From NCBI GenBank assembly GCA_964468205.1, contig CAYXVG010000035.1:5143-69142 (forward strand): a DNA stretch of 64,000 nt. The letters run 5' to 3'. The notes under the pieces were generated by a model that ran no database searches, was not told the DNA's origin, and worked only from the letters and a program-made list of their open reading frames with translations. Position 1 is the stretch's first letter. Each line of letters starts with the position of its first letter. A program made the position numbers and the translations under genes. Positions 39,752 to 48,900 of this stretch are shown here, in pieces. Source of the DNA: an uncultured Solibacteraceae bacterium (GTDB lineage: Bacteria; Acidobacteriota; Terriglobia; Bryobacterales; Bryobacteraceae).

Positions 39752-42700
39752 ATGAAAAAAGACATACCAAGGATTTGTTTGTTCCTATGCATGTTCGCGA
39801 TCTGGTTTTCTCAGGCCCTCGGGCAGGTAGGGGCGGGAACCGGTCTTAGTGGCCGCGTGCTGGATCCCTCGGGCAATTCCGTGCCCGAAGCCGTGGTCAC
39901 GGTCACGAACGTCGAGAACGCAGAGAAGCGTTCGACCACCGCCGCGGCAGATGGATCGTGGGCGATCCGGTCCCTTACTGCCGGCCAGCACCGGATCGAG
40001 GTCGAGCGCGACGGCTTCAAGAAGCTGGTGAGGTCTGGAATCACGGTGACCTCCCTCGAGATGCAAACCGTCGAGCTGGTTCTTGAAATCGGTGAATTGC
40101 GACAGACAGTGGAGGTTACCGCCGACGCTGAAATGACTGACTCTGACTCGGCGACGGTGGTGCGAACCCTCGACAATCGCGAGTTGGAGTACCTGCCGAC
40201 CGCGGCCCGGAACTTCACCCAGTTGCTGATCATTCAACCTGGAGTTACGGCTGACCTGACCGAGCCGCTGACCAACAACAATAACAACATCTCGCCGAGC
40301 GTGAATGGAGCCCGGACCACCTCCAACAGCTTCGTCTTTAACGGCATCGACGTAACCAACCTGCTTTGCTGCAGCAGCCGAATCACCGGCGACCGCGGAA
40401 CCATCGAAGAAGGCGGCGGCTCTCTCTCGCGGAATATCGCGCCGGCGCCCGAGACACTGGCCGAGGTGAAACTGCAGACGAGCCTCTACGACGCGGCCAC
40501 AGGCCGCAACGGTGGAGGCAACTTCGTGCTCGTCTCCAAGAGCGGCACGAATGACTACCACGGCAGCGCCTACTACTTCATGCAGAACGAGAAGCTGATC
40601 GCCAACGACTTCTTCTTTAACAAATTCGAGTTGGACCGGCAGCGGCTTCGCCGGCACGAAGGCGGCTTCACATTTGGCGGGCCATTGGTGATTCCGGGCG
40701 CTTACAACGGAAAGAACCGGACGTTCTTCTTTGGGTCCTACCAGCGAACAGAGGCGGACACCACCTATGTCGACTCGGCCAGCACTACCACTCGTATCCC
40801 TGCGGCGCTCACCGATGACCGAAGTGTGGCCGGTATCACTTCTTTCGCCCAATCGATCTGGGACCCGGAAAACTTCGGGCTTTTCAACCCAGCGGCTTTC
40901 AACGACACCTCGATCGCCCTGTTACAGGCAACGTACCCGGACGGCCGGTACCTAATCCCCTCTGGCGCCAACGGGCGAAACTGTGAGGAGGAGGATCTCG
41001 GCGTTACCTGCCAGGTACTCGACACCCAGCCGGCTACCTATAGGCAAGACCAGTTCTCCGTCAACTTAGACCACGAGATTTCAAGCGCCAACCGGCTTAG
41101 CGGCAAGTTCTTCTATACTGATCAGCCGAGCCTCAATCCGTTTTCCGACTCCGACGCCGCCACGCTCTTCCAGACGAGCGAAGACACGAAGCAACGCACC
41201 TTTTCAATTACCGACACTCACGTCTTGGGTCCGGCCGTAATCAACGAGTTCCGGTTTGGTTACTTCTTCAACCGGAACGACCGGATAGCGGTGCCGTTTT
41301 TTACCAACGCGGAGTTCGGCATTAACAATCCCATAGCCAACGAGCGCCCGGATCTGGCGTTGATCGAGATCGCAGGTGGCGACGATATCGGCGACGATAT
41401 TCTGGTCGGCACACCAGCGGATGACACGGATGACAAGCAGCAAACCTTCACCGTCGGGAACACGGTGTCGGTGATCAAGGGCAAGCACTCGCTCAAAGTC
41501 GGCGGCGAGTTCCGGCGTCATTTACTCCGGGGAGACCTGCGCGAGGTGAAGAACGGTGAAATCGGTGCCAAAGGCTGGCTCAATTTCCTGACCGTAGGCT
41601 ACGCCAACCCGGCGGAGGACGGCGACGCGGAACAGCTTGACATGTCGATCAACTACGGCGAGACGCTACGCCACTACCGGATGTCAGACTGGTCACTGTT
41701 CTTCACCGATGACTGGAGAGTCACGCCGAATCTGACGCTCAACTTCGGCGTTCGGTGGGAGATGTTTGGCATGCCCTGGGAGCGCGATGGCTTGCACGCC
41801 ACCTTCGATTATGACGCGGCGTTGGCGGCTCTGGATTCAGGCAGTGATACTCCCCTGCAAGACGGCTTCGTTTTTGCGTCAAATTTTGACCAGCAGAACT
41901 TTCCCGGCGCGGCAGCCTTGCCTTTGAGGATCGCTGACAGCAAGTCCATCCTTGAGAACGACTACAACAACATCATGCCCCGGTTCGGTTTCTCTTGGTC
42001 CCCGTCAGGAAATCGGAAAGTCGCTGTGCGTGGCGGTTACGGCATCTTCTACGACCGCATGACGGGCGCTTTCGTAAACTCTCTCCGTCAGGGCCCCCCG
42101 TTCTTCCGCGAAGCGGAGTTTGACGATGTTGGCAGCTACAACGCTTGGCCTCCTGACTTCAACACGCTTCCGATTCCGAACTTCGTGGTGGGGTTCGATG
42201 ATGGCGAACCGCAACTGGAGGCCGCTGACAACCCGGGCGAGGAATTCGAGGCCTTCGAGACGCAGGTGATCGACCCAAACCTGTCCACCCCATACTTGCA
42301 GCAATGGAACTTGACGCTGCAATGGGAGTTTGCCCCGAACTGGCTGGCGGAAGTCGGTTACGTCGGGAGCAAGGGTACGAAATTGATCCAGATCTACAAT
42401 CAGAACCAGGCGCTGGACGTGGCCGCTGTCGGCGGCTTCCTACCACGCTTGGGCGATGTGCCCAACGGCGGCTTCATTGGCAACTACTTCGACAGCCCTG
42501 ACGACCAGTTCGTCAACCTGACACAACCGCCGTGCGACGTCACGGACGATCCGGAAGACTGCGTGATTCCGGCGGAGCTTCGCGGCCGGATGCTCGGATT
42601 CGACGAGGACGAGGGCGTCAACACGATGTTCGCGGACTCCAACTCGATCTACAACTCATTGCAGCTCAGCTTGGAGAAACGCTACAGCTCCGGCTTCATG

Positions 42701-43345
42701 TTCAACCTCAACTACACCTTCTCGCGCTCGATCGACTATTTCTCCGACGAAGGCATCTTCCAGGCGCAGCATGACCAAAGCCGGCCGTTCCTGAATCGGG
42801 GGCTGTCGGACTTCCACCGGAAGCACCGCTTCATCTTTTCCTGGAGTTGGGACCTTCCTTTCCGCGGCAACAAGTTTGTCGAGGGCTGGATGCTGAGCGG
42901 TATCGGCACACTGCAATCCGGCCGGCCATTGACCATTGTCGACGACGAGCTCAGCGGCTTCCTGTTCGCTTCCCGCGCGCCGCGGCCGAATATCGCGCGC
43001 GGCGCCACGCATGAGGACCAGAAGTTCACCGGAGGCTCTACCAGCAGCCGCGTGGACAACTACCTCGACCGGAACGCGTTCGCCAGTTCGGGTGCGCAAT
43101 TTGGCAACCTCGGCCGCAACACCGTGGTCGGACCTGATCAGACGCGTCTGGACGTGAGCTTGTCGAAGATCACCAATCTCACCGAGCGTTTCAACCTGGA
43201 GTTCCGGGCTGAAGGCTACAACATAACGAATACCCCCAACTTCCGCAATCCGGTACGCGATATGGACGATTCGAGCTTCGGGGAGATCCAGCAGATGCGC
43301 GGCGGTCCGCGGGTATTCCAGTTGGGTTTGAAGCTGCGTTTCTAA
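39752..43345 (+). CDS. TonB-dependent outer-membrane receptor with an N-terminal carboxypeptidase-regulatory-like domain
   Basis: 1197 aa with a signal peptide. GRVLDPSGNSVPEAVVTVTN...GQHRIEVERDGFKK, a plug, a long beta-barrel and a C-terminal ...FQLGLKLRF. Confidence 0.9.
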   Translation: MKKDIPRICLFLCMFAIWFSQALGQVGAGTGLSGRVLDPSGNSVPEAVVTVTNVENAEKRSTTAAADGSWAIRSLTAGQHRIEVERDGFKKLVRSGITVTSLEMQTVELVLEIGELRQTVEVTADAEMTDSDSATVVRTLDNRELEYLPTAARNFTQLLIIQPGVTADLTEPLTNNNNNISPSVNGARTTSNSFVFNGIDVTNLLCCSSRITGDRGTIEEGGGSLSRNIAPAPETLAEVKLQTSLYDAATGRNGGGNFVLVSKSGTNDYHGSAYYFMQNEKLIANDFFFNKFELDRQRLRRHEGGFTFGGPLVIPGAYNGKNRTFFFGSYQRTEADTTYVDSASTTTRIPAALTDDRSVAGITSFAQSIWDPENFGLFNPAAFNDTSIALLQATYPDGRYLIPSGANGRNCEEEDLGVTCQVLDTQPATYRQDQFSVNLDHEISSANRLSGKFFYTDQPSLNPFSDSDAATLFQTSEDTKQRTFSITDTHVLGPAVINEFRFGYFFNRNDRIAVPFFTNAEFGINNPIANERPDLALIEIAGGDDIGDDILVGTPADDTDDKQQTFTVGNTVSVIKGKHSLKVGGEFRRHLLRGDLREVKNGEIGAKGWLNFLTVGYANPAEDGDAEQLDMSINYGETLRHYRMSDWSLFFTDDWRVTPNLTLNFGVRWEMFGMPWERDGLHATFDYDAALAALDSGSDTPLQDGFVFASNFDQQNFPGAAALPLRIADSKSILENDYNNIMPRFGFSWSPSGNRKVAVRGGYGIFYDRMTGAFVNSLRQGPPFFREAEFDDVGSYNAWPPDFNTLPIPNFVVGFDDGEPQLEAADNPGEEFEAFETQVIDPNLSTPYLQQWNLTLQWEFAPNWLAEVGYVGSKGTKLIQIYNQNQALDVAAVGGFLPRLGDVPNGGFIGNYFDSPDDQFVNLTQPPCDVTDDPEDCVIPAELRGRMLGFDEDEGVNTMFADSNSIYNSLQLSLEKRYSSGFMFNLNYTFSRSIDYFSDEGIFQAQHDQSRPFLNRGLSDFHRKHRFIFSWSWDLPFRGNKFVEGWMLSGIGTLQSGRPLTIVDDELSGFLFASRAPRPNIARGATHEDQKFTGGSTSSRVDNYLDRNAFASSGAQFGNLGRNTVVGPDQTRLDVSLSKITNLTERFNLEFRAEGYNITNTPNFRNPVRDMDDSSFGEIQQMRGGPRVFQLGLKLRF

Positions 43346-43377
43346 AGCTGTTCCCGAATGTAAGCAGGCGGATCGTT

Positions 43378-43403
43378 TGGGCGGGCCCAGTGAGGCCCGC
43401 CCA
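43378..43403. terminator. Hairpin between convergent genes
   Basis: TGGGCGGGCC-cagtga-GGCCCGCCCA is a 10-bp perfect stem between stops at 43345 (+) and 43416 (-). Confidence 0.5.
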
Positions 43404-43415
43404 TGTTACGTATGC

Positions 43416-45131
43416 CTATTGTATCGCCAGGGTGACTTCGTTGGTCTGGTAGCCGGGACCTTGGATGACGAGGGGGACAGCGTCGCCTTTCGGGGCGTTC
43501 GCCGGGATGGTGAAGTTGATCTGGTAGAGTCCGGCGAATGTCGGAGTGAGACCCGCAAAGGCTGGCGTGATCTGAACTGGCAGCAATCCACCTCCCAGGA
43601 GAACCGTTGGAGTGGGTATCACGTGGGCCAGCGGGTCGGCTGGTGCAGGCTCGCCGGAGGGAACGCCGGGCGAGGTCGGCCCGAATCCAATGGCGTACAT
43701 CACCAGGGTGTCGCCGGATCGCGCCGGACGGGCATCGACACCCGGCATTATGGGGACCGGAAACGTGCCATCGGTGTTGACGGCGATGGCGTAGTTGCCA
43801 AGGAAAGTAAGGATGCGAGGATTCTTCTCCGCTATCTGCACCGTCACCTTGTTGCCGGGCTGCCCGTTGCGGAAGATCTGGACGACGGCCTCTCCGGGCA
43901 GGGTTTCATTCGGAACCTGGAAGTTGATCTGGCCTTCCGATGAGTAAAACAGAGGCGCCTCGAGTCCGTTCACCAGGACCTTTGCACCGCCGAGTTCGCG
44001 CACCAAAGGCAGCTCGGTTCCAGTGGCCGGCGCCTCGCGCGAAAGCTGGTCTCCGAACACGGCCGCGATACCGCCGCGGGGAATGGGATCATTCGCGGCG
44101 AAGGTGGCGTTGTTGACCACGCCTTGCGGCCGGGCCACAGGCGGTCCCTGGGCGGTCACGCGAAGCCGCACCCGCACCATGTGCGGCGCATTCACCGAGT
44201 TGGCTGAGATGGTGACCTCCCCCGCGTAGAGGCCTGGTTCGAGGCCTCCGGGGTCTGCTGTGATCTTCACGTGGCTGGAGACGAGTTCCGCTGCCAGCCA
44301 CTCCGCTCCATCACTGGCCGAAGCGGATTCGACCACAATCTCGCGCAACCCACGGTTGCGGAGGGCCACGTAGTGTGTGGCGGCCGCCGAGCCGGCGGCA
44401 AGCTCCAGGTCAAGATGATTCGCTGACAGATCGCCGATCGGCTCATTGGTCACCTGCAATGTAACGGGCACGTTCTTCACGTCGGGCGCAAATGTAGAGG
44501 CGGTGATGTTGATACTACCGTGATAAGTCCCTTCGTGGAGTGAACTATCCGGCCGTCCGGAGACGCGATAAGGGACCACAAAGCGAAATGTCCCGCTTCC
44601 GTCGATGCCGAGGCTGAGCCAGTCTCCTCCGGATTGCGTGCTGACCTCTGCACCAAGCCGGCCGTTCGTCTGGAAGTGGATCTCATCCGTCCCGCCGGGA
44701 TGCGCATACAAGCTAATTGCATCCGGGATGCCTCCGCCGATACGGACAGTAACGGTAACAGTCTGTGGCGCGTCAAGGGCGCTTGGGTCGGCGATCAGAA
44801 CCGTTCCCGAACGCACCCCCTCTGCAAGGCTGCTCGTTTCGAGCGTGATTTGAATAGGCGTGCACGTGCCGGGACCGGACGAGCAGCTCTGCGGGGCGCC
44901 AATTGCTGGAGACAGCCAGGCGTCGGGCGACGACACCCCGAGAGCGAGCGTTCCGTCGCCGGCGTTCCATGCCTCCACGATCTGCACCTGGCCGTCGGCT
45001 CCCGGAGCAACGTCGAGCGGGCCGACCGTGGTGGTGGAAAGCCGTAGTTTCGGAGCGGCGAAAAGCTGCGCTCCGGCGCAACTCAGAACGAACAGGCACA
45101 CGGCGAGCGCACGAATAGTAATCGATTTCAT
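43416..45131 (-). CDS. Secreted or lipid-anchored protein with BACON/Ig-like repeats and a Solibacter-type C-terminal domain (TIGR03437-like)
   Basis: 571 aa. Signal with a possible lipobox (FVLSC). Repeats carry W-L-S motifs. C-terminus ...PTFAGLYQINFTIPANAPKGDAVPLVIQGPGYQTNEVTLAIQ. Confidence 0.8.
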   Translation of the reverse strand: MKSITIRALAVCLFVLSCAGAQLFAAPKLRLSTTTVGPLDVAPGADGQVQIVEAWNAGDGTLALGVSSPDAWLSPAIGAPQSCSSGPGTCTPIQITLETSSLAEGVRSGTVLIADPSALDAPQTVTVTVRIGGGIPDAISLYAHPGGTDEIHFQTNGRLGAEVSTQSGGDWLSLGIDGSGTFRFVVPYRVSGRPDSSLHEGTYHGSINITASTFAPDVKNVPVTLQVTNEPIGDLSANHLDLELAAGSAAATHYVALRNRGLREIVVESASASDGAEWLAAELVSSHVKITADPGGLEPGLYAGEVTISANSVNAPHMVRVRLRVTAQGPPVARPQGVVNNATFAANDPIPRGGIAAVFGDQLSREAPATGTELPLVRELGGAKVLVNGLEAPLFYSSEGQINFQVPNETLPGEAVVQIFRNGQPGNKVTVQIAEKNPRILTFLGNYAIAVNTDGTFPVPIMPGVDARPARSGDTLVMYAIGFGPTSPGVPSGEPAPADPLAHVIPTPTVLLGGGLLPVQITPAFAGLTPTFAGLYQINFTIPANAPKGDAVPLVIQGPGYQTNEVTLAIQ

Positions 45132-45161
45132 TTGGTTTAATTTCTCCTGTGAAAATAGAGG

Positions 45162-45206
45162 ACGTGCGGGTTGTGTTTCACCTATAAAGACCCGCTACCC
45201 GCACGT
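45162..45206 (-). terminator. Hairpin downstream of folK and upstream of the TIGR03437-like gene
   Basis: ACGTGCGGGT ... ACCCGCACGT is a 10-bp stem with a 25-nt loop. On the minus strand it is followed by a T-rich stretch, then AGGAGA and the ATG at 45131. Confidence 0.35.
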
Positions 45207-45312
45207 TTCAACTACAGCAAGGGTGGAATCAAACCAGAGCTTCCGCCAAGTGCTGGGTCCCGCCGCGATCTTCACCACGGCCGGCCGGCCGCTCCAATAT
45301 CTGGACAGCCGG

Positions 45313-45798
45313 CTACGGCTCGTAATAGCGATCCACCTGTTGATCGAGAGTCTCCTTGCGCAAGCTGCGTATGGTGCGCTGCAGCTTTGGATGAACCAAG
45401 CCGGGCGCGAGTTCCGCCAGCGGCTCCAGTACAAAACGGCGCGCGTGCATCGCGGGATGCGGGATCGTGAGCTCCCGCGTCTCGAGCAGCATGTCGTCAT
45501 AGAGAAGTATGTCGATGTCGACGGTGCGTGGGCCCTTGGGAATGGTGCGCTGCCGGCCGAGTTCTGCTTCCACGTGGGCGACGCGTGCCAGCAATTCGTC
45601 CGGAGTTAGGTAGGTTTCGGCCTCGACCACCTGGTTTAGAAAACGAGGCTGATCAGCCAGTTCCAGCGGCGCGGTTTCAAATAGGCTGGACGAGCGGAGG
45701 ATGCGCAGCAGGTCGTCGGAGAGCAGGCGCCTCGCCCGCCGCAGGTTCTGGCTGCGGTCTCCAAGGTTCGAACCAAGGCCAAGGTAGATGATAGCCAT
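45313..45798 (-). CDS. folK: 2-amino-4-hydroxy-6-hydroxymethyldihydropteridine diphosphokinase (HPPK)
   Basis: 161 aa: MAIIYLGLGSNLGDR...SSLFETAP...QPRFLNQVV...GPRTVDIDILLY...LTIPHPAMHARRFVLEPL. Confidence 0.9.
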   Translation of the reverse strand: MAIIYLGLGSNLGDRSQNLRRARRLLSDDLLRILRSSSLFETAPLELADQPRFLNQVVEAETYLTPDELLARVAHVEAELGRQRTIPKGPRTVDIDILLYDDMLLETRELTIPHPAMHARRFVLEPLAELAPGLVHPKLQRTIRSLRKETLDQQVDRYYEP

Positions 45799-46872
45799 TT
45801 AGAAAAGGTCCTGCTGCGGGGTGAATCCGCGATGCGGCTGAATGCCAAAATGATCGAAGGCGCGCTGCATGGCGACGCGGCCGCGCGGCGTGCGGTCAAT
45901 GAATCCAAGTTGCATCAAGTAGGGTTCATAGACTTCCTCGATGGTAGCGGCCTCCTCGTCCACGGAGGCGGCGATAGTGTTCAGGCCGACCGGTCCACCG
46001 TGATACTTCTCGATGATTGTCAGCATGATCTTCTGGTCAATCTCGTCGAGGCCGAAACGGTCGACCTCGAGGAGATCCAAAGCGGTTTTGGCTACCGGCT
46101 GGGTTATTCGGCCGTCGGCGCGCACTTGAGCGTAGTCGCGGACGCGCCGCAGCAGACGATTCGCAATGCGGGGGGTGCCGCGGCCCCGGCGGGCGATCTC
46201 TTCGGCCCCGGCATCATCCACGTTAATGCGCAACAGCCTGGCCGACCGTTTGACGATGGAAGTTAGTTCCTTGCTGTCATAGTGATTGAGACGGAGGACC
46301 AAGCCGAAGCGGCCGCGCAGTGGAGCGCTCACGAGCCCCTGGCGAGTGGTGGCGCCGATAGCCGTGAAGCGTGGCACGGGGAGCGAATGGGTGCGGGCGC
46401 CAGGCCCGGTTCCCACCAGAATATCCACTCGAAAGTCCTCCAAGGCCGAGTACAGCATCTCCTCCACGTCCGGCAGCAGCCGGTGAATCTCGTCGATGAA
46501 GAAGACTTGCCGCAGGCTGATATTGGAGAGGATGCCCGTGACATCGAGCTTCTTCTGCAGTATAGGTCCGGAGGTCTGATCGAAACTGACTTCCAGTTCC
46601 TCGGAGATGATGGCTGCGAGCGTCGTCTTCCCTAGGCCTGGCGGGCCGTAAAGCAACACGTGGTCCAGCGCCTCGCCGCGCTGCTTCGCCGCTTCGATCG
46701 AGATCGCGAGCACTTCCTTGAGCTTGGACTGGCCAATGAAGTCGGTGAGCCGTGTCGGGCGGAGGCTCGCCTCGAACTGTTTCTCGCCTTCCTGCAAGGC
46801 GGACGAGATGATGCCCTGATCTCGCATGAAATATAAGCGTACCGCACGAGTGTCGGCCCGGTCGGCCGCCAT
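45799..46872 (-). CDS. ruvB: Holliday junction branch-migration helicase RuvB
   Basis: LRPTRLTDFIGQSKLKEVL...LLYGPPGLGKTTLA...FIDEIHRL.... The start may instead be the Met at 46827. Confidence 0.95.
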   Translation of the reverse strand: MAADRADTRAVRLYFMRDQGIISSALQEGEKQFEASLRPTRLTDFIGQSKLKEVLAISIEAAKQRGEALDHVLLYGPPGLGKTTLAAIISEELEVSFDQTSGPILQKKLDVTGILSNISLRQVFFIDEIHRLLPDVEEMLYSALEDFRVDILVGTGPGARTHSLPVPRFTAIGATTRQGLVSAPLRGRFGLVLRLNHYDSKELTSIVKRSARLLRINVDDAGAEEIARRGRGTPRIANRLLRRVRDYAQVRADGRITQPVAKTALDLLEVDRFGLDEIDQKIMLTIIEKYHGGPVGLNTIAASVDEEAATIEEVYEPYLMQLGFIDRTPRGRVAMQRAFDHFGIQPHRGFTPQQDLF

Positions 46873-46885
46873 CGGCCCGGCGCCG

Positions 46886-47488
46886 TTAACGGATGTTCTC
46901 CATTGCCTTTCGGAAGAGGGGTTCGAACTCGTCCGGTGCGCCGGCGGACTTCGCCTTGCGAATGGCCTTCTCCGCGGCCGGCCGCGTACAGCCTAAGTTG
47001 ACAAGGGCGGAGAGGACGTCTTGTTCGACATCGGAGAGGACTTCCCGCGCGGGCCGTTCTTCCACTGGAGGCGCCCCCGCGGCGACATCGTCGAGCTTGT
47101 CACGAAGCTCCATCACCATGCGTTCGGCGGTCTTTTTCCCAACGCCCGGGATGCGGGTGAGGTGGTCCACGGCGCCGCCCCGGATGGCCCCTACCAAGTC
47201 TCGCGCTTTGAGGCCCGAGAGAATCGCGATGGCGAGCTTCGGACCGATGCCGCTAACGGAGACAAGCCGTTCGAAGACGAGCTTCTCGTCGCGCGTCAAA
47301 AACCCGTACAGGGCGAATGACTGCTCCGTGTGCTGCGTGTAGACGTGCAGGCGGACTTCGGCGCCTTCCTCCGGCAGCCCGGAGAATGTCGAGATCGGAA
47401 CCGTCACGTCATAGCCAACGCCGCCTGCGTCCACGATCACTTGGTTCGGGTGTTTCTCAAGTATCTTGCCGCGAAGATAAGCAATCAT
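46886..47488 (-). CDS. ruvA: Holliday junction DNA-binding protein RuvA
   Basis: 200 aa: MIAYLRGKILEKHPNQVIVDAGGVGYDVTVP...GIGPKLAIAILSG...IPGVGKKTAERM. Confidence 0.93.
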   Translation of the reverse strand: MIAYLRGKILEKHPNQVIVDAGGVGYDVTVPISTFSGLPEEGAEVRLHVYTQHTEQSFALYGFLTRDEKLVFERLVSVSGIGPKLAIAILSGLKARDLVGAIRGGAVDHLTRIPGVGKKTAERMVMELRDKLDDVAAGAPPVEERPAREVLSDVEQDVLSALVNLGCTRPAAEKAIRKAKSAGAPDEFEPLFRKAMENIR

Positions 47489-47504
47489 CAGAAGGCGTAC
47501 ATTA

Positions 47505-48254
47505 TTGCATATGGCGCGACGTAGATTCTTTGTGGAGGAAGTTCATCACGGACAGGCTGAACTCACCGGCGAAGCCGCTCACCATTTACGAAACGTGCTC
47601 CGGGTGGAGGCAGGCCAGAAATACGAGATATCGGATAACGAGCGAGTCTACTTGGCCGAGGTCAGCCTGGCGGCCAAGAAGCGGGTCGTATTCGATGTTG
47701 TGGAGAATCTGGTCGCCGTGCCCCCGCCGGCCCGGGTTCACCTCTATCTCGCGCTCATGAAGTTCGACCGCTTCGAACTGGCGGTCGAGAAGGCGACGGA
47801 ACTCGGCGTCGAACGTATCGTGCCGGTGATTGCGAAACGGAGCGAAAAGGGGCTCGAGAAGGCGGTAGTGAAGCGGTTGGCGCGTTGGACGAAAATCGCA
47901 CACGAAGCGAGCCAGCAGTCGCGGCGCGTCCGCCAGCCGGAGATTAGTGAAGCCATCCCGTTTTCCGGCGTCGGCGACGCGCAAGCCGCGCAGCGGTATT
48001 TCCTGGACGAAGCCGACGGCGCATCGCTGTTGCCGGACATGCTGCACCACCATCCGGGTGACGAGGCCGCTGCGCTTTTGGTGGGTCCCGAAGGCGGCTG
48101 GGTGGAAACCGAGCGCGAGACTGCGAGGGATGCCGGCTGGAGGCCGGTCTCACTCGGGCCGCAAGTTCTGAGAACGGAAACGGCCGCGATCGCGTCGCTG
48201 GCAGTCGTAATGGCGCACTGGGCGGGGCGACCCGGAACGGAAGCGGACCGCTGA
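47505..48254 (+). CDS. rsmE: 16S rRNA (uracil1498-N3)-methyltransferase
   Basis: 249 aa: MARRRFFVEE...HHLRNVLRV..G......D......LYLALMKFDRFELAVEKATELGV...LLVGPEGGW...VSLGPQVLRTETAA. Confidence 0.88.
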   Translation: MHMARRRFFVEEVHHGQAELTGEAAHHLRNVLRVEAGQKYEISDNERVYLAEVSLAAKKRVVFDVVENLVAVPPPARVHLYLALMKFDRFELAVEKATELGVERIVPVIAKRSEKGLEKAVVKRLARWTKIAHEASQQSRRVRQPEISEAIPFSGVGDAQAAQRYFLDEADGASLLPDMLHHHPGDEAAALLVGPEGGWVETERETARDAGWRPVSLGPQVLRTETAAIASLAVVMAHWAGRPGTEADR

Positions 48255-48271
48255 TCGACTGTGCTAGTCTG

Positions 48272-48859
48272 ATGGCCGCGAAATGGAGGCGGCAGATGGT
48301 GGCGAGAAATCCTGTTCCGGAAGACGTGCGCAATTACTGGGGCTGGCTGTTCGCTCTCGGGTTGAGTTTCGATCTCCTTGGCGTTCTGGGGCTGGTCTTC
48401 ACGCTGGCGTTCACCATTCACGGAGTCGCCTTTTTCGGCGCCCTACTGTTGCTTGGCGCGGCTGCGCAAATCGTGCAATCGTTTCGGTGTAGAGATTGGC
48501 GAGGCAGCCTGCTGAGCCTGTTGGAAGCGGCGCTCTACTCGGTGGCAGGAATCCTGATTCTGACCGACCCGCTGGTGACGGCAGGCTATCTGCCCGTGAT
48601 GCTTGCCTTCGCTCTCATCGCCATGGGGGCGGTCCGTATCGGCGTGGCCTTGAAGCACCAGGAGATCATGGCCGGGGCTGCCATGCTCGGATTGAGCGGC
48701 ATTGTCGCGCTGCTGGCCGGTGTCTTCATTCTGCTGAACTGGCCTATTTCCGGAGTCTTCGCGATCGGCCTTTTCCTCTCCGTCGAGATGATGATGCATG
48801 GCCAGGCTCTGCTCGTACTGGCGATCATGGCGCGGTCCGGAGCCCACAGAGCGGCTTAG
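48272..48859 (+). CDS. HdeD-family (DUF308) membrane protein
   Basis: 195 aa, six hydrophobic helices in a repeated DUF308-like pattern (NYWGWLFALGLSFDLLGVLG...; ...ILLNWPISGVFAIGLFLSVEMMMHG). Confidence 0.7.
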   Translation: MAAKWRRQMVARNPVPEDVRNYWGWLFALGLSFDLLGVLGLVFTLAFTIHGVAFFGALLLLGAAAQIVQSFRCRDWRGSLLSLLEAALYSVAGILILTDPLVTAGYLPVMLAFALIAMGAVRIGVALKHQEIMAGAAMLGLSGIVALLAGVFILLNWPISGVFAIGLFLSVEMMMHGQALLVLAIMARSGAHRAA

Positions 48860-48900
48860 CGCCGGACCGCGCAGTTACTATCCGCCAGCAGGTGAGCATG

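Noticed and set aside
43377-43943. 188-aa plus-strand ORF and other ORFs (44605..45609 region) antisense to the TIGR03437-like gene.
   Set aside because: They are fully embedded opposite a well-supported gene with a signal peptide, repeats and the family C-terminus. Their composition is typical of a spurious GC-rich frame.
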